DNA from: the human T2T-CHM13v2.0 reference genome, Homo sapiens
Strand: one strand, 5' to 3'
NCBI RefSeq assembly: GCF_009914755.1
Contig: NC_060930.1
Length of the DNA stretch: 64,000 nt
A program made the translations under genes and the position numbers. Each line of letters starts with the position of its first letter. The first letter of the stretch is position 1. This document shows, piece after piece, positions 33,346 to 49,372 of this stretch. The notes under the pieces are model-generated. The model saw nothing but the letters and a program-made list of their open reading frames with translations. It was not told the origin of the DNA and did no database searches.

Positions 33346-34898
33346 ATACAAATATACATTTTTTTAAAATTCCCTCAAACCAGTGGGCAGGATTGAATGG
33401 AGCTATCTTTCCTTGTTTAGGGACAAGATCCCTGTCTCCTCCATGAGAAAGCATAAGAAAATAAATTCAAATTTTCTAAGGTACTGATGAGTCCCTATTT
33501 TAATTGTGAAGTACAAAGCAAGGTTCTATTATCAGTCCAGGGTCTGCACCTGCCAACTGGACAATCTTCTTCCCAGGAATCCCTTCAGAGTACTTTTACC
33601 TCTAAAATAATGAGGTTTCCAAAACGTGGATTTTTTAAAAATTCAAATTAATAGTTACAAATCAGAGAATCCAACTGGGCAAGCCTCACTGTTTATTAAA
33701 CATACCACTTTATCTGGGCTTCCCCATCCTGAAGCTGTCTAGTTATAAGACGAAAAATGCAAATGATCCAGGCCCTCCAGCTTTTCTAGTCATAGTAAAA
33801 GTCACATTGTGTTGATCTAGCTCTGTCACCTACCTAGGATCTACCCTCTAAAAAAGGAAATCAATTAGAAGGAAACACTGGGCCTAATGGAACTCAAATC
33901 CCCCTTCTGTTGTTCTTCCTAGATTAGGTGTGTTAACACTCAGCAACTTCCATCACCTAAAATGATGAGAACATTGTTTTTCTTCACCTTGCCTTGAGAA
34001 CACATAATTGAATTTCCATTTTCTAAATCTGAACTGAACATTTTCTTCATTTCAGCCATACTAGGTTGGAGCTGGTCTGCTGCAGTCAGCCTGAAAATGA
34101 GTTGGTCTCTACAATCTCAGGAGACAAGCCCAAATCCTTCCTAGAACCTCTCTTATTTGTGATGCCAACAACAGCTTACAACCACAACTGCCCAGAATGG
34201 AGAAGCCAGAAGGATGGAGGCTGCTCCACCTCTGAATGCCCACATCACCTCTGCCTGGAAAAACCGGGTGTTCTAAGCTTAGAGATGAGGGAAAGGAGAC
34301 TTACTGGGCTAGAGAACAGGACCAGAATAAACTTGATACAAGTGAGTCACAGACCTAACTGTCCAAGTCTGAACTCTGGATAACTTGAGAGAGAGGTCCC
34401 ATGAACTCTGAACTTGTCCTCAACAGAATGCTTGCTTGTAGCCAATATCCATTTTCATCCAGCCCCGGGTATGCATATTGCTTCAGACCATGCAACAGAA
34501 GAGGAAACTAAGGCTCTTAATATCCCTTGACTTCTTGTTGCATTCTCTGAAACCTTTAGGGAAATTTGGTCCTAGAAATGAACTAACTTCCCTAAACCAT
34601 GTCCTCTCCTGAGGTGAACTGGACAAAACAAAGGCTTCCAAAAGAAACCCTTATATTCACAATTTGGATAATTCCAGAGGTCTAAGAGCTCCCCAGGAGT
34701 AATGCTTTACCCTTAAAGAAAATAAGGCTAGCACCTGGGTATCTTGGCTGTTCAGCTCTATATGTTGAAAGGTACACATAGCCAGAGAGGGGAAAACTGA
34801 GGGCTTGCTGGCTTCTCAGCTAGTTGAGGGCTGAAGTCATTAGGGCTTGGCCTCAGCTGCAGCACAGGAAAAATGGAGGATTTCTTGCACTTAAGAAG

Positions 34899-34904
34899 TT
34901 TATT
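34899..34904 (-). terminator. TCP11 polyadenylation signal AATAAA
   Basis: TTTATT on +, about 175 nt past the TCP11 stop. Confidence 0.85.
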
Positions 34905-35078
34905 AATGAATGGGTATGGACCAGTTGGTGTTTACATGCTTGATCCCTACAGCCTTGGTGTACTGGCTGCAGGGCCTGGGATAGAAGCTCACTGTCTGCT
35001 GGTCACTGGTGATGTTACTCCAGGAAGATGATGGGCCTCCTCTTGGGTCCAAGGTACCAGGGCTCTGAGCCGACGCTA

Positions 35079-35311
35079 TCAAACAGACTCCACTTTTGTT
35101 TCCAGTGCCTGGGCTGGGGAAATGAGGGTTTTTAGGATCTCAGTGTAGTAGGGACCAAACACCTGCTGATTGTGATGTGTCAAGTTGACAAACTTTTGGC
35201 CCAGTTCTGCCAGTTCTGCTTCAATGAGAGTAAGGCCTCCAGGAAGGTCTAATAGAGACCGCTGCACACCAAGAACCAAACAGCATTTGAGAAACAAATG
35301 GATCCGCTGAT
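35079..35311 (-). CDS. TCP11: TCP11 last coding exon (DQRIHLFLKCC...ETKVESV*)
   Basis: tgctcacag acceptor; 233 nt; HNQQVFGPYY Tcp11-domain motif; TGA stop. Confidence 0.95.
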
Positions 35312-36037
35312 CTGTGAGCAGGAAAAGACACTGATAAGGGAAAAGGCAAACAGATTTCAGGGAGAAAATTCCCCCTGCACTCTACTCACCCATGTTCTAA
35401 GTTAACAGATATGTACCAACCTGCCCCCCTACCTAGAGATAATGAAATTTGTTTTGTTTGGAAAGGGGGCTGCTATCTTGCTCTCAAGGACAAATATAAA
35501 AAACTAGTGTGTTAGTAAATTTCAGATTATTCAAAAGATTGTTTAAGTAGCCATCAGTTAGATCCTAGTGAGTGTTTGACATAACAGGAGGAACTTAGAC
35601 TGATCCTTCAGATGGCTAAGGTTAGGAGCAGGCTGGCCAAGTTCATGGCCTCCACTCCAGCATGAGGGTAGGGGATTCCCCACTATAGGAACATGTCTTC
35701 CAGCTAAATTCAGCATTAGTTTCTTGTTGGGAGATGGGGGAATGTCAGATTTCTTGGGTGCCATCAGAGAATGACCTGTAGGCCCAAGTGACTTAACCAG
35801 GTCGGCTGGACATATCCCACACCTAGAAGTCATGAATTTCTGGGTGCAAATCATCCTGAGAACCACAGTTAGTCTTTAAACTGAGACGGATATGATTTCA
35901 ACCCAGCATTTTGAAAAAAATCAAGGCTAAACAATGACGTACCTAATGACCATGCTTCATGTTGTTAAAGGTTGGGGTTCCACGGTTGGGATCTATCTCT
36001 TCCCTCACCATTCTTACTACCCCACAAGCATACTCAC

Positions 36038-36201
36038 CAATAACACTGCAGACACAGTTCTCCTTCTTGGCAATGTTCTGGAGCTGTCCCATTAGAGATG
36101 CTGTATTATCACTGCTTAGAGCAACAAGGCCCATATTCTTGAGGCTTTGATGGATTTCCTGAGATACCTGTTCACTCACAGTCAGTATAGCTTCCTCAGG
36201 C
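36038..36201 (-). CDS. TCP11: TCP11 coding exon (RPEEAILTVSEQV...CVCSVI)
   Basis: tag acceptor, G|GTGAGT donor, 164 nt, phases consistent with neighbours. Confidence 0.95.
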
Positions 36202-36968
36202 CTAGACCATGAAAGAAAGTAAGCTGGCACCCACCAGGTAACCCTGGCATAGGCCCAGGGCCCAGCATGCTGTATACCAGATGCCAGGCCCACTTGAGGG
36301 AGAATGTCAGCCACCCTCTCCACCCCTAAACCCCAGCCCCTGGCAGGCTATAGGGCCCAGTGGGTAGGTACAATGTCCTCACTGTAACCCTCAAGACACC
36401 AGCTATTCTCTATATGTGGCACTGTGTTCTACTTCTTAGCAAACAAGGTAAATGATAAAATCAACTCTGGAAAAGTATTTAGTTGTGCTCTTGGATCCAC
36501 TCAGCATTCTTTAGTCCCATGGACTTTATTTTTATATATATATGTTTAAGACTTTCTTAGGCATTTTCCAGAATCATCTGTCCCACCTCATCAGTTATAA
36601 CTACAACCTGGCCTTCTGATTCCTCTTTTTCCTTTGGTGTGATGGCCTGCACACAGCGGGATGTTCAATAAATATTGCTGACCGACTGACCAAGTCCTGG
36701 ATATATGTGATGATACCAGCCCACAGTCACCACTCAACTAGATAATGACCCTTTTGCAGCAAACTATCTTCCACACCCTTTTTGGAAGAAAGGTTTTTTT
36801 TTGTTACACCCTCATGACCACTTATGGAAAGAAACCAACAATCTTTGTAGATGGTTCCACAGGGCCTTTCTGTGGTTTGTGGTAGACAGTAAGCAATCGT
36901 TCATTACCTGCCTATGTTCTAAATACCACATATCACCTTCTACTCTAAAAAGTAACTATGCAGCTCAC

Positions 36969-37150
36969 CTGGAGTGAAAGTCTTCCAACAAGGATTTGGT
37001 TATGCGTTTCAGTTTATCTACAAATTGGGGTGAGCCAAACAAAACACTGCCGGAGAAACTACTGGCCACCAGCAAGACTGAGGCCATGACGGTTAACTGG
37101 TGCAACTGGGACTTCAGCTCCTGCAGCCGGGTTCTGTCCATCAGCAGGGT
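36969..37150 (-). CDS. TCP11: TCP11 coding exon (TLLMDRTRLQEL...LEDFHS)
   Basis: cag acceptor, AG|GTGAGC donor, 182 nt. Confidence 0.95.
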
Positions 37151-37238
37151 CTGGGAACCAGGGAAGAACAGGCTGTCAGGGGAAGTCCCGATGGAAGCCC
37201 TGAACACAAAACAAGGCAATGCCCCCAGACATTCCTAC

Positions 37239-37456
37239 CTCAGGGAACTCTTCATTTTCAAGGTCCCAGAGAAGGAGGTTCAAGAAGCCCTGACACAGCA
37301 CCATTGTGGGGCTGAGGGGCTCTGGGTTGTTGGCTGCCTCATTGGGAGAGGGGCCAGCCACACTGGAGGAGTCAGAAGTGTCTGGGCAAGTCGGAGGTGA
37401 CATGGTGAGGTCTCCTGCTGCTTGGGTCAGCCATTTGGTGGTGTGATTAAGGAGAC
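37239..37456 (-). CDS. TCP11: TCP11 coding exon (SLLNHTTKWLTQAA...ENEEFPE)
   Basis: tag acceptor, GAG|GTAGGA donor, 218 nt; followed by an 88-nt intron. Confidence 0.95.
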
Positions 37457-37718
37457 CTATGACAGGTAAGGGAGTGTGTAAGCATCTTTAGCATCTTCAT
37501 CTCTGAGGCTTCAAGACCAAGGTTCTTTTCAAGTATACTCCTGGTCAATAAATAAATGCTTTGAGGGTCTTTCTGTCTTAGATAAATGTTCCTTCTCCCT
37601 CCCTTCACCTAATAAGCAACTTTCTATTCCTAAAAAGAGATAGAGTACTCTCTAACATTATAAAAGTCAGACCCAAGGTAATACCTTTCCCACTCCTGCC
37701 CTCACATTATATACATAC

Positions 37719-37855
37719 TAGGCTGCTTATTGAGGAGTTCCTGGAATTTAGCCCGTTCATACTGAATGGAATGTTCCTGCAGGTGGGGTTGAAGGCTCTG
37801 GATAGTGTAGTTCACCATGTCCATTTTCATCCGGCCCAGAACCTGGAAGATCCCT
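37719..37855 (-). CDS. TCP11: TCP11 coding exon (RGIFQVLGRMKMDMVNYTIQSLQPHLQEHSIQYERAKFQELLNKQP)
   Basis: Translated by hand (absent from the ORF track); cag acceptor, A|GTATGT donor, 137 nt; MKMDM.N and YER..F Tcp11 motifs. Confidence 0.95.
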
Positions 37856-38231
37856 CTGACACAGGGGGAAAGAGAATATTTATACTACTAAGCTAGAAAC
37901 CCACCCAAGGAGTCATTAAATCACTGTATTTTAGAGTTAGGAGGGGCTTAAGACTAACTTAGTCTTACCTCCTACATTTTCAGAAGATAACATGTGGCCC
38001 AGAACCCAATACCCAGGGTGAGTCAGTGGCAGAATTGGGAACAGCTAAGTCTCTGGACCTTGAAGCCTTCAGTCTAGATCTCCTTCACTATGGTCATTCT
38101 GTTGCCTCTTAAAAAGGGTAGTCAGTGGAAAGAAATACACCAGCATGCTAACAATTCTCTTCAGGAAGTAGGATTATAGGTGATGCTATTTCTGACTCAC
38201 TGGACCAACTGCTTTTTTTTTTTTTTTTTTA

Positions 38232-38615
<384 letters not shown>

Positions 38616-38926
38616 TCAAAAAAAAAGAAAGAAAAAAAAAAACCTGGGAAAGGGATGTTTTAACTCCTTAAAAGAAAGAAGTATGTACTGTAGTGTCTTA
38701 TGGTATTACAGAGGGGGGGCCCAATCAAGCTAAGGATAACCAAAAGGCCCTGTGGGGCCATCTTTGGAAAAGAAGAGTGAATTGACCAGAGGGGAGAAAA
38801 AGGGTGTTAGTCAGGTCTTTAGCAGGGAAGAGCTGGTCAAGACGATGGCTATAATCTAGGTCTGGCCCAGCTTTTCCGGGCTCAGGGGCTAAAGCAGGTT
38901 TTTGGGGGCAGTATCAAGTTTCATAC

Positions 38927-39147
38927 CTCAGTAGCCAAACAGGATCCGTAATGTTTTCTAGTTTCTGCACTGCTTCATCTCGAACTGGTGCACACAGCAA
39001 AGCCATCATGTTGAGAACGTACTTAGAGAGATAGAGGACTTTCAGGGCCCCATGTTCTGCCTCCTGCTTGAGCAAGTCCATGTCCAGAGCTTCTTCAATC
39101 TCAATTCTCAGGCGGTTCTGGCGTGGTAATAGCAGTGATAGCAAGAT
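38927..39147 (-). CDS. TCP11: TCP11 coding exon (ILLSLLLPRQNRLR...LCAPVRDE...VWLL)
   Basis: cag acceptor, AG|GTATGA donor, 221 nt; CAPVRD motif. Confidence 0.95.
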
Positions 39148-41436
39148 CTGCCCAGGAAAGAAAGTCAAAGGAGTTGATCTGTTTAGATCCCCAAACTTTA
39201 TCCAATGGGCAATCCCTTTAGCTAAAGACATACCAGCCTATGTTTTTTAAGGATCAAGAAGTTGGGTCCCTAAATTTCCCATGGAATATTATTTATCTTT
39301 GTTTAGAGGCCGGTGACAATTCAAGGATCAAGGGGATCAATTACAGGAATAGTATATCATTTTCTAGGCAGAATGAGATATAGAGATGAATAAAATCAAG
39401 GAGTGTGGTAAAAAGACATACGGGGTACAACAAATATAAAATACCCACCATCACATGGTGATGACGTCTCTTAACTTTAAAAGGGAGGCATTTTTTAGAT
39501 TATTTTACTTCAAAGGGCAAGGATGAAATAGGCATAGGAGCTGTTGCAAGTCACTGAAATAGCCTATTAACCCCCAAAATAAGTTCATGGTAAACAGGGA
39601 CTCTTATTCATCCCCTGCCTCTGTAACACACAGGACATGGTGGGGGCCTAGGGTATAGGATTCAATGAATATTTAATTGAATAGAATATGGTGTTGTCAT
39701 AGCAAGATCTCAACTGTTTACCTTCATGTTAAACAAATAAAATCAAAGTTGCTCCATACTATCTACTTTAATTGCCAAACTCTGCCAGTTACCAATTTGG
39801 AGCCTCTCAGCTCCAAATCTACCCTTCAGTGCCTACTCTGCAAAAACGGAGCTGGGCCCTTGAATTATTTTTCCTTTGCTAGCTGACACAATGTTAGATT
39901 TTTGTCAAAAGAGGGTGGTAAAAAGAAACTGCAAGAGAAAAGGGCCTTCCTTCTTGGCTCTGGTATGCTCCTCTCAGCAAGCTCCTGCATTGTGGAAGCT
40001 TCTTTGTTCAAATTACTGCATGGTTTCTGCCTCTTGATTGGCTCTGACTGGTAAAAAGTTGAGTGAGGTTTGATGACCAGCAAGTTTCAAGTACTTTAGA
40101 TGCCTTAAACACATGCAAACTTGAGGATAGCAGATGATCTCCACAAAAATTCAGGGGCCTGTCACCTCAGTAAAGTTTCTAGAGTTTCAGTGGTCAGGAG
40201 CTTTTCAAGTGATATCCTCCAAGGTGAAGGACAAATTGCTGTACCTGAACCACCCACCATTAAAAAAAAGGCATAACACTTAGTAGGCCTTTTATAATAT
40301 TTTTTTTCTTTTGAGACAGAGTTTCAATCTGTTGCTCAGGCTGAAGTGCAGTGGCATGATCATGGCCTCCAACTCCTGAGCCCAAGTGATCCTCCCACCT
40401 CAGCCTCCTGAGTAGCTAGGACTACAGGCACATGTCACCATGTCCAGCTTAGTTTTCTTTCTTTTTTTTTTTTTTTTTGGAGAGATGGGGTCTCGCTGTG
40501 TTGCCAGGCTGGCCTCAAATTCCTGGTCTCAATCTATCCTCCTGCCTTGGCCTCCCAAAGTGCTGGGATTATAATCATAAGCCACTACACCTGGTCCTCC
40601 TTTTTGGATTCTTTTGAGACAGAGTCTCACTCTGTTGCCCAGGCTGGAGTGTAGTAGCATGATCACAGCTCACTGCAGCCTCAACCTCCTGGGCTCAAGT
40701 GATCCTCCCACCTCAACCTCCTAAGTAGCTGGAACTACAGGTATGACCACCATGCCCAGCTAATTAAAAAGATTTTTTTTTTTCTAGAGATGGAGGTCTT
40801 GCTGTGTTGTCCCTGCTGGTCTTGAACTCCTGGGCTCAAGAAACTTACCCTCCTTGGCCTCTCAAAGTGCTAGAATTACAGGCCTGAGCCACCACAGCCA
40901 GCCCCTTTTCGGATTTTTGAGGCAACATGCACCACATTTGTGTTTGCTACTTTGACATTCATTTGAGTGATTTTGATTTATTTAGAATCACTCGAGGTTA
41001 CCCATATGTCGTGGGGGATGGGGGAGTGCTAACTAACTAGAGCAAGAGTAGGCTCTGCAGCAAGTTTAGACTGTAGTACAAGCCACTCTACCATTTGGGC
41101 CTTATGATCCTGCAGATCCAATGACACTTTAAGTGTCCATAGCAAATAAGGGTGCTGTACAGAATGTCTTGCAAGCACCAATAAGGGAACCACACATGGA
41201 CCTTTAGGAATTGGGAGCAAATCTATTCCTTCTTTAATGATAATTATTCACCTTTTGAGAAACAACTTCTTGGGCCTTGGTAGAAAGTAAACACCTTACT
41301 ATAGAACACTGGGTAACCATGTGGCCTAAGCTTCCCATCAGGAATTAGGTATTGTCTAACTTACGTAGCTACAAGACTGGACATGCACAGCAGCAATCTA
41401 TTATCAAATGAAAATGGCTTATAAGAGACCAAGCAT

Positions 41437-43005
41437 ATACTGGTAATAAGAACAGATACACAGACCAAAAGAATAGAGAGCTGATAAATAAAACCTGGAT
41501 ATATAAGGTCAAATGATTTTCAACAACAATGCCAAGAACCAATGGGGAAAGGACAGTCTTTTCAACAAATGGTGCTGGGAAAACAGGATATTCACATGCA
41601 AAAGAACAAAGTTGGACCTTTACCTTACCCCCATATAAAAATATTAATTCAGTTGTGCACATGTACCCTAAAACTTAAAGTATAATAAAAAATATATATA
41701 TATATTAATTCAAAATGGTAGTGGCTCACGTCTGTAATCCCAGCACTTTGGGAGGTCGAGGCAGGCGGATCACCTGAGGTCAGGAGTTTGAGACCAGCCT
41801 GAGCAAAATGGTGAAACCCCATCTCTACTAAAAATACAAAAAATTAGCCGGGCGTGATAGTGCACACTTGTAATCCAGCTACTACTTGGGAGGCTGAGGT
41901 GGGAGAATAGCTTGAACCAGGGAGGCAGAGATTGCAGTGGCCAAGATCGCACCACTGCACTACAGCCTGGGTGACAGAGCAAGACTCTGTCTCAAAAAAA
42001 AAAAAAAAAGAAAGAAAAAAGAAAAAAAGGACCTAAACATAAGAGCTAAAACTACAAAACTCTTTGGAGAAAACATAGGTGTAAATATTCATGATCTAGG
42101 ATTTGGCAGGATTTGACACCAAAAGCATAAAATTCAATAAAAGACAATCCAATTTAAAAATGGACAAAGTACCTGAGTAAACATTTCTTTGAAGAAGATG
42201 TACAAATAGCCAACAAACACACGAACAGATGCTCAATATCACTAGCCATTAAGAGAAATGCAAGTCAATGAGATACCACTTCACACCCATTAGAATGGCC
42301 ATTACCAAAAATGGAAAACAGCAAATGCTGGCTAGGATGTGGAGAAATTGGAACCCTGGTACATTGCTGGTAGGAATATAAAATGGTGTGGCTACAACAG
42401 AAAACAGTTTGGCAGTTCCTCAAAAAGTTAAACATAGAATTACCATAGGATCCAACAATTCCAACTTTAGGTATATACCCAGAAAAATTAAAAGCAGGGA
42501 CTCAAATATATACTTGTACACAAGGTTTACAGCAGCATTATTTACAATAGCCAAAAGGCATAAAGAACCTAAACGTCCATCAACAGATGTATGAACAAAA
42601 TGTATTCTATCCATATAATAAGAATATTATTCAGCCATAAAAAGGAATTACATTCTGATATATGCTACAATATGGATGGACCTTTAAAACATTACACTAA
42701 GTTAAACAAGTCCAAAACTAAAAGGACAAATATTGTATTCCATTTATAAGTACCTAGAGTAGTCAAATTCATAGAGACAGAAAGTACAGGTGCTAGTGGG
42801 AGAGGGGAAAGGGAAATTATTGTTTAATGAGTACAAAATTTCTGTTAGGGAAGATTCAAAGGTTCTGGAAATGGATAGTGGTGATGGTTATATTGTAAAT
42901 ATACTTAATGCCAGTGAACTGTAACACTAAAAAATAGTAAATTTTGTTATGAATATTTTGCCACAACAAAAACAAATCCTAAAAAAAATTAAATAAATTT
43001 TTTAA
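41437..43005 (+). mobile_element. L1M 3' fragment inserted in the ERVL, with an Alu at about 41717-42028
   Basis: L1 ORF2 C-terminal and 3'UTR motifs (ttcaacaaatggtgctggg, gagataccacttcacacccattagaatgg). Confidence 0.8.
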
Positions 43006-44816
43006 AGCCCCCAATATGGCCCATTCCCCAGGGAGGATCAGTCAGCCATCTTATGGCAGATGATTTCACTGGACCTCTAACAGTTTAGAGAGGGCGAGAT
43101 TCATCCTTACTGGGATAGACACATATTCTGGATATGGAGTTGTCTTCCCTGTTTGCCATGCTTCTGTCAGTACCAGCATCCAGATAATCACAGAATGCCT
43201 TATCAGCTGTCCTGGGTCTTTGCCTACTCCATTGCATTGCATCTGCTCAAGGAACTCATTTCACAGCAAAGGAAATGCAGTGAATTCATACCTACTAAAT
43301 TAACTGGTCTGACCAAAAAGCTTTCACTGAGAATCAGCTGGCCCTAACTAAAAAGTAGAATGGCTTATTTTAGACTCAATTACAGCATTAGGTGAGCAAC
43401 AATACCTGAAAGGAAGGGAATTGGTCTTACAGGATGCAATATATGCTTTGAATCAAAGACTTTTTTTTTTTTTTTTTTTTTTTTTTGAGACAGGGTTTTG
43501 CTCTGTTGCCCAGGTTGGGGCACAGTGACACAATCATGGCTCACTGCAACCTGTGCCTCTCAGGCTCCAGCAATCCTTCCGTGTCAGTCTCCTGAGTAGC
43601 TGGGAATAGAGGCATGTACCACCACACCCAGTTAATTTTTCTATTTTTTGTAGAGATGGGTTTCACCACATTACCCAAGCTGGCCTCAAATTCCTAGACT
43701 CAAGCATTCTGCCCACCTGAGCCTCCCAGAGTGTTGAGATTACAGGTGTGAGCCACTGTGCCTGGCTTCAAAGACCATTCTATGGTGCTGTCCCCTAATG
43801 CCAGAATACATGGGTCCAGGAATCAAGCAGTAGAAGTAGGACTGCTTCCTCTTACTAGCACACCTGATAACCCACTTGCAGGATTTTTGTTTCCCATCCT
43901 GCCAACTTTGAGGTCTGCTGATTTGTGTGAAATACTTGCATTGGTTCCAATGAAACAGAAGATGAAACTGACCATTGGGGGCTCCTTATACCACTGAACC
44001 AAAAGGGTAAAAAAAGGAGTTACTGTACTGGATGCCGTACTTGCTCCTGAGTACCAATGAGAAATTGGATTGTGGCCACACAATGGGGGTAAGAAAGACC
44101 ATGCCTGAAACTCAGGAGATTCTCTGAGTTGCCTCTTAGTACTTCCAAGCTCAATATTAAAGGTTAATGGAAAACCACAACAAACAAAGCAAAATGTCTC
44201 AGACTCTTTGGCAATGAAGGTTTGGGTCACTGCACCAGATAAAGAACCCCAACTAGCTGAAGTTCTGGCCAAGGACAAGGGAAATATGGAATGAATGAAT
44301 CGTGGAAGAAGGAAGCCATAGATAACAACTATAGCCTTGTGACCAGTTATGGAAACAAGGACTATAAATTTTATCTTTGCTTATTATATGTATGTTTATT
44401 TATATATGCCAACATTTTGTTCTTCCTCTTTCTTTCCATTGTTATTTTATATACAAGTTGTTAGAAGTTAAATTTTATGATTTAGCCTTTAGGTAACACA
44501 ATAGTCAGTGAAACTGGCTGAATTTGAGGAGCGGCCAGTGATGGATACAATAACTATTTGGGCCATGTCTCCTCATTTTGGGGGAGGATAAATAATAAAT
44601 AGCTATCTGTCTTGTAAGAGTTCTTTTCAGGAATTCAAATGTGTATAGAAGAGCGCATGTGGAAACTGAGTAGCCGAAGGGGTGGACTGTGCCATTTATC
44701 AATATATTGCCTCACAGATCCAAATCCATTGTTCTTTGCTCTGTGAAAATGGAACTAAGTCCTTTCCATATCTTTCCTTTGCCAGATAGCACATTTTAAG
44801 CTTCACCGGCAGAAAG

Positions 44817-45387
44817 TGTTATTTAGTTTTCTGTGCTGTGTAACATACTGCCATAATCCTAGCAGCTTATAAGAACACACATTTATGATCTCAGTTACTG
44901 TGGGTCAGAAGTACAGACGCAGTTTAGCTGGGTCCTCTGTTCAGGGTCTCACAAGTCTGCAAGCAAAGTGTTAGCTGGGCTGCATTCTCATTTGGAAACA
45001 TGACTGGGAAAGATTCCGTTTCCAAGCTCATTCAGATTGTTGGCAGAATTCATTTCCTCACAACTGTATACTTGAGGGCCCCAGCTTCTTACTGGCTATT
45101 GTCTGGATGCTAACCCCGGGTCCTAGAAGCCACCTGCAGCTCCTTGCTATGTGGCCCTCTCGATAGGCAGTTCACAACACAGCTGTTTGCTTCTTCAGGG
45201 CCAGCAGGAGAATCTCTCCCTCCAGTCTCCTAAGACAGAGTATTACATGATGAAATGTAATCATGGGAGTTATATCCCATCACTTTTGCCGTACTGCTTA
45301 GAAGTTGCAAATCTCATCCACTCAAGGGGAGAAGATTATACAAGGGTGCAGAACATTGTGGGTCACCTTACGGTATGTCTGCCACAT
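44817..45387 (-). mobile_element. MLT1-type MaLR LTR inserted in the ERVL 3' LTR
   Basis: Reverse MLT1 motifs (tgctgtgtaacatactgccata..., cagattgttggcagaattcatttcct). Confidence 0.7.
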
Positions 45388-45871
45388 ACTAGAAAGACAT
45401 TGCAAAGGCAAGAGCTTTTATTCCCGGTTCTGGTATGTTCACTCAGCAGGCTCCTGCAGTACTTGGCTCCTGCAGCATGAATAGCTTCTCCAGTGCTTGG
45501 TTCCTGCAGTGCACTGTGGTCAGCAGCATACACAGGCCAGTAACGTCTCATGGCATAGCTATGCCCTCTCAAATGAGGTCCTTGGTTGGCCTCTCTCAGC
45601 CCTAAGGGTATGATAGATGCCCTTTTATCTGATATTCAAGGATTCTTTAGTTTTCCTTACTCTTACTAGCCAAGCCCTCATTTCTCCTACTCTCTGTTAT
45701 AATAATTTTTATATTAAACCCTCCCTGCTAAAATTACTGTATGATTTCTGTCTATTGCTTAGTCTCTGACTGATTCATGGACCATGTTCAGTTAAGATTT
45801 GCTAGCCACTGACACTCCAATGAGCTGGAGATGTCTAGAAACTTTACATTTACAAATGGAAGGTCACTCAC

Positions 45872-45992
45872 CTCTTTAATTTCTTTCAGAAGTTCAAGAG
45901 CACAGCTGAAGTCAGGGGGAGTTGCTGATAGTTGCTCTTTAAGATGGTCCCAAAAGGCATTGTGCACTGTCTCCTTGACCTTGCCTTCCAGA
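45872..45992 (-). CDS. TCP11: TCP11 coding exon (SLEGKVKETVHNAFWDHLKEQLSATPPDFSCALELLKEIKE)
   Basis: tag acceptor, GAG|GTGAGT donor, 121 nt; AFWD motif at the start of the Tcp11 domain. Confidence 0.95.
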
Positions 45993-46776
45993 CTATAAGA
46001 GGGTTAAATGAGCAGATTACTCTCTCAACCCAAAAACAGTTACAGTGTCATAACCTCCTAAACCCCAAACTGAATTTGATATGGTAAAAGGCCATTATAA
46101 TAACAGGGAAAGGCCAGGAACTATGTTGGAACTGCAGCAGAGTTGAACAAGCTAGGGTTAGATTTGTATTTCAAGGGCAATGGCAAAACCTCTCAGAAGG
46201 GCTCCTTGTGGTTCCAGAGCAGCCCTCTCTCTGCAGTAGAAAGAACCCTGAATGGAGAGAAGTCAGGCTGACTTTTAGCACTGACTGTGCATCTAGCCTA
46301 GATAACTTGATTTCCATTTGTGTATACACATAGCATTGAGCTAAATGATCTTTCATTTTCTTATACTCCTGAAATCTAGGAAAGGATATTGCTTCTTTGA
46401 AAATACCAAAGGTCCACAGATATTTCCAAATCAGCGTATCTAAAACTAAATTCATTATCTTCCTCCTCCAAACCTGCTCCTCTTGTATTCCCAATTTCAG
46501 TGGCACTACCATCTATATAGTAATGGAAGCCAGAAAGAAGTCTTTTTTTTCACCTTGAAAAAAATACAAGGAGCAAAGGAAATTTGTTTTATTTTATTTT
46601 TTGAGACAGGGTCTCACTCTGTTGCTCAGGTTGGAATGCGATGGCACAATCAAGGCTCACTGAAGCCTCAACCTCCCACGCGCAAGCAAATCTCTTGCCC
46701 CTGCCTCCTGAGTAGCTGGGACCACAGGCATGAGCCACCGTGCCAGCTAATTTTTTTATTTTTTTATTTTTAGTAG

Positions 46777-48482
<1,706 letters not shown>

Positions 48483-48719
48483 ACAACTAATCGGAACAGG
48501 GTCCATACTGTATGATTCCAACAATATGACTTCCTGGAAAAGTCCTCCTGAGCAGCGGGGTTTACAGCTGCCTCATTTTTAAAAAATGTTTAGTACAGAC
48601 AGAGTTTTGCCATGTTGGCCAGGCTGGTCTCCAACTCCTAGTTGCAAGTGATCCACTCGCCTCGGCCTCCCAAAATGCTGGGATTACAGGGATGAACCAC
48701 CGTGCCTGGCCCCCTCCTA

Positions 48720-49372
48720 CCATCATCTCTTACAATTAACTAGTCTCCCTGCCTCTAGTCTTGTTCCTTTATAATCTGTTTTCCACACTGCCACCAATTC
48801 ACTCTAAAAACAATGCTGTTTCTCAGATGCCATATTCAACATGATGTAATGCTTATTTAAAGTCCTTCGGGGGCTCCCCCATCACCAGCAAGATAAATGG
48901 CTTATGTTACCTTATATCATACTGCTCTGGCCTCTCTTTCCAATGTATTTTCTTCTACCTTGTAACACCTTGGGCTCAGCCATTGCAAGTCGCTTGTAAA
49001 GAACATACCATGTTCTACCACCATTCTCTGCCTCTGACATGTTGTCACCACTACCTGGTGCAACCTTTCACACCAAGACCACCTGGAAAGCACTTATTCA
49101 ACATCCAAGACTCAAGTCTTCATAGGCCTAACCTTCCTCTGTAGGCAAATCTTCCCTGATCTTCCACAGGTAGCTGAACACTCTCATTAAACTCTATATA
49201 TGCATAGCTACAAGTGAACTTATCAGTCTAATCAGTCATTTTCTATTATTCAACTGTCTCCCCTACAAAAGTTTCTTGACAGCAAAAACTGCCTTATCTA
49301 TATCTCTATCCTTAGCACCCAGCATTTTGCCTGTGACATAATAAGGACTCAATAAATGCCTGGTAAATGAAT
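48720..49372. mobile_element. L2 LINE remnant
   Basis: Ends with L2 tail-like ctcaataaatg...aatgaat; degenerate L2 3'UTR motifs. Confidence 0.5.

Larger units (their letters stand above)
39781..45776 (+). mobile_element. Degenerate ERVL provirus (two MER76-like LTR copies plus pol remnants) in a TCP11 intron
   Basis: LTR-like starts at about 39781 and 44688 share ctcagctccaaatc-type sequence; RT remnant KIQGPVTSVKFL at about 40147; ERVL PPT gaaggggtggac|TGT at 44676-44690. Confidence 0.65.
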
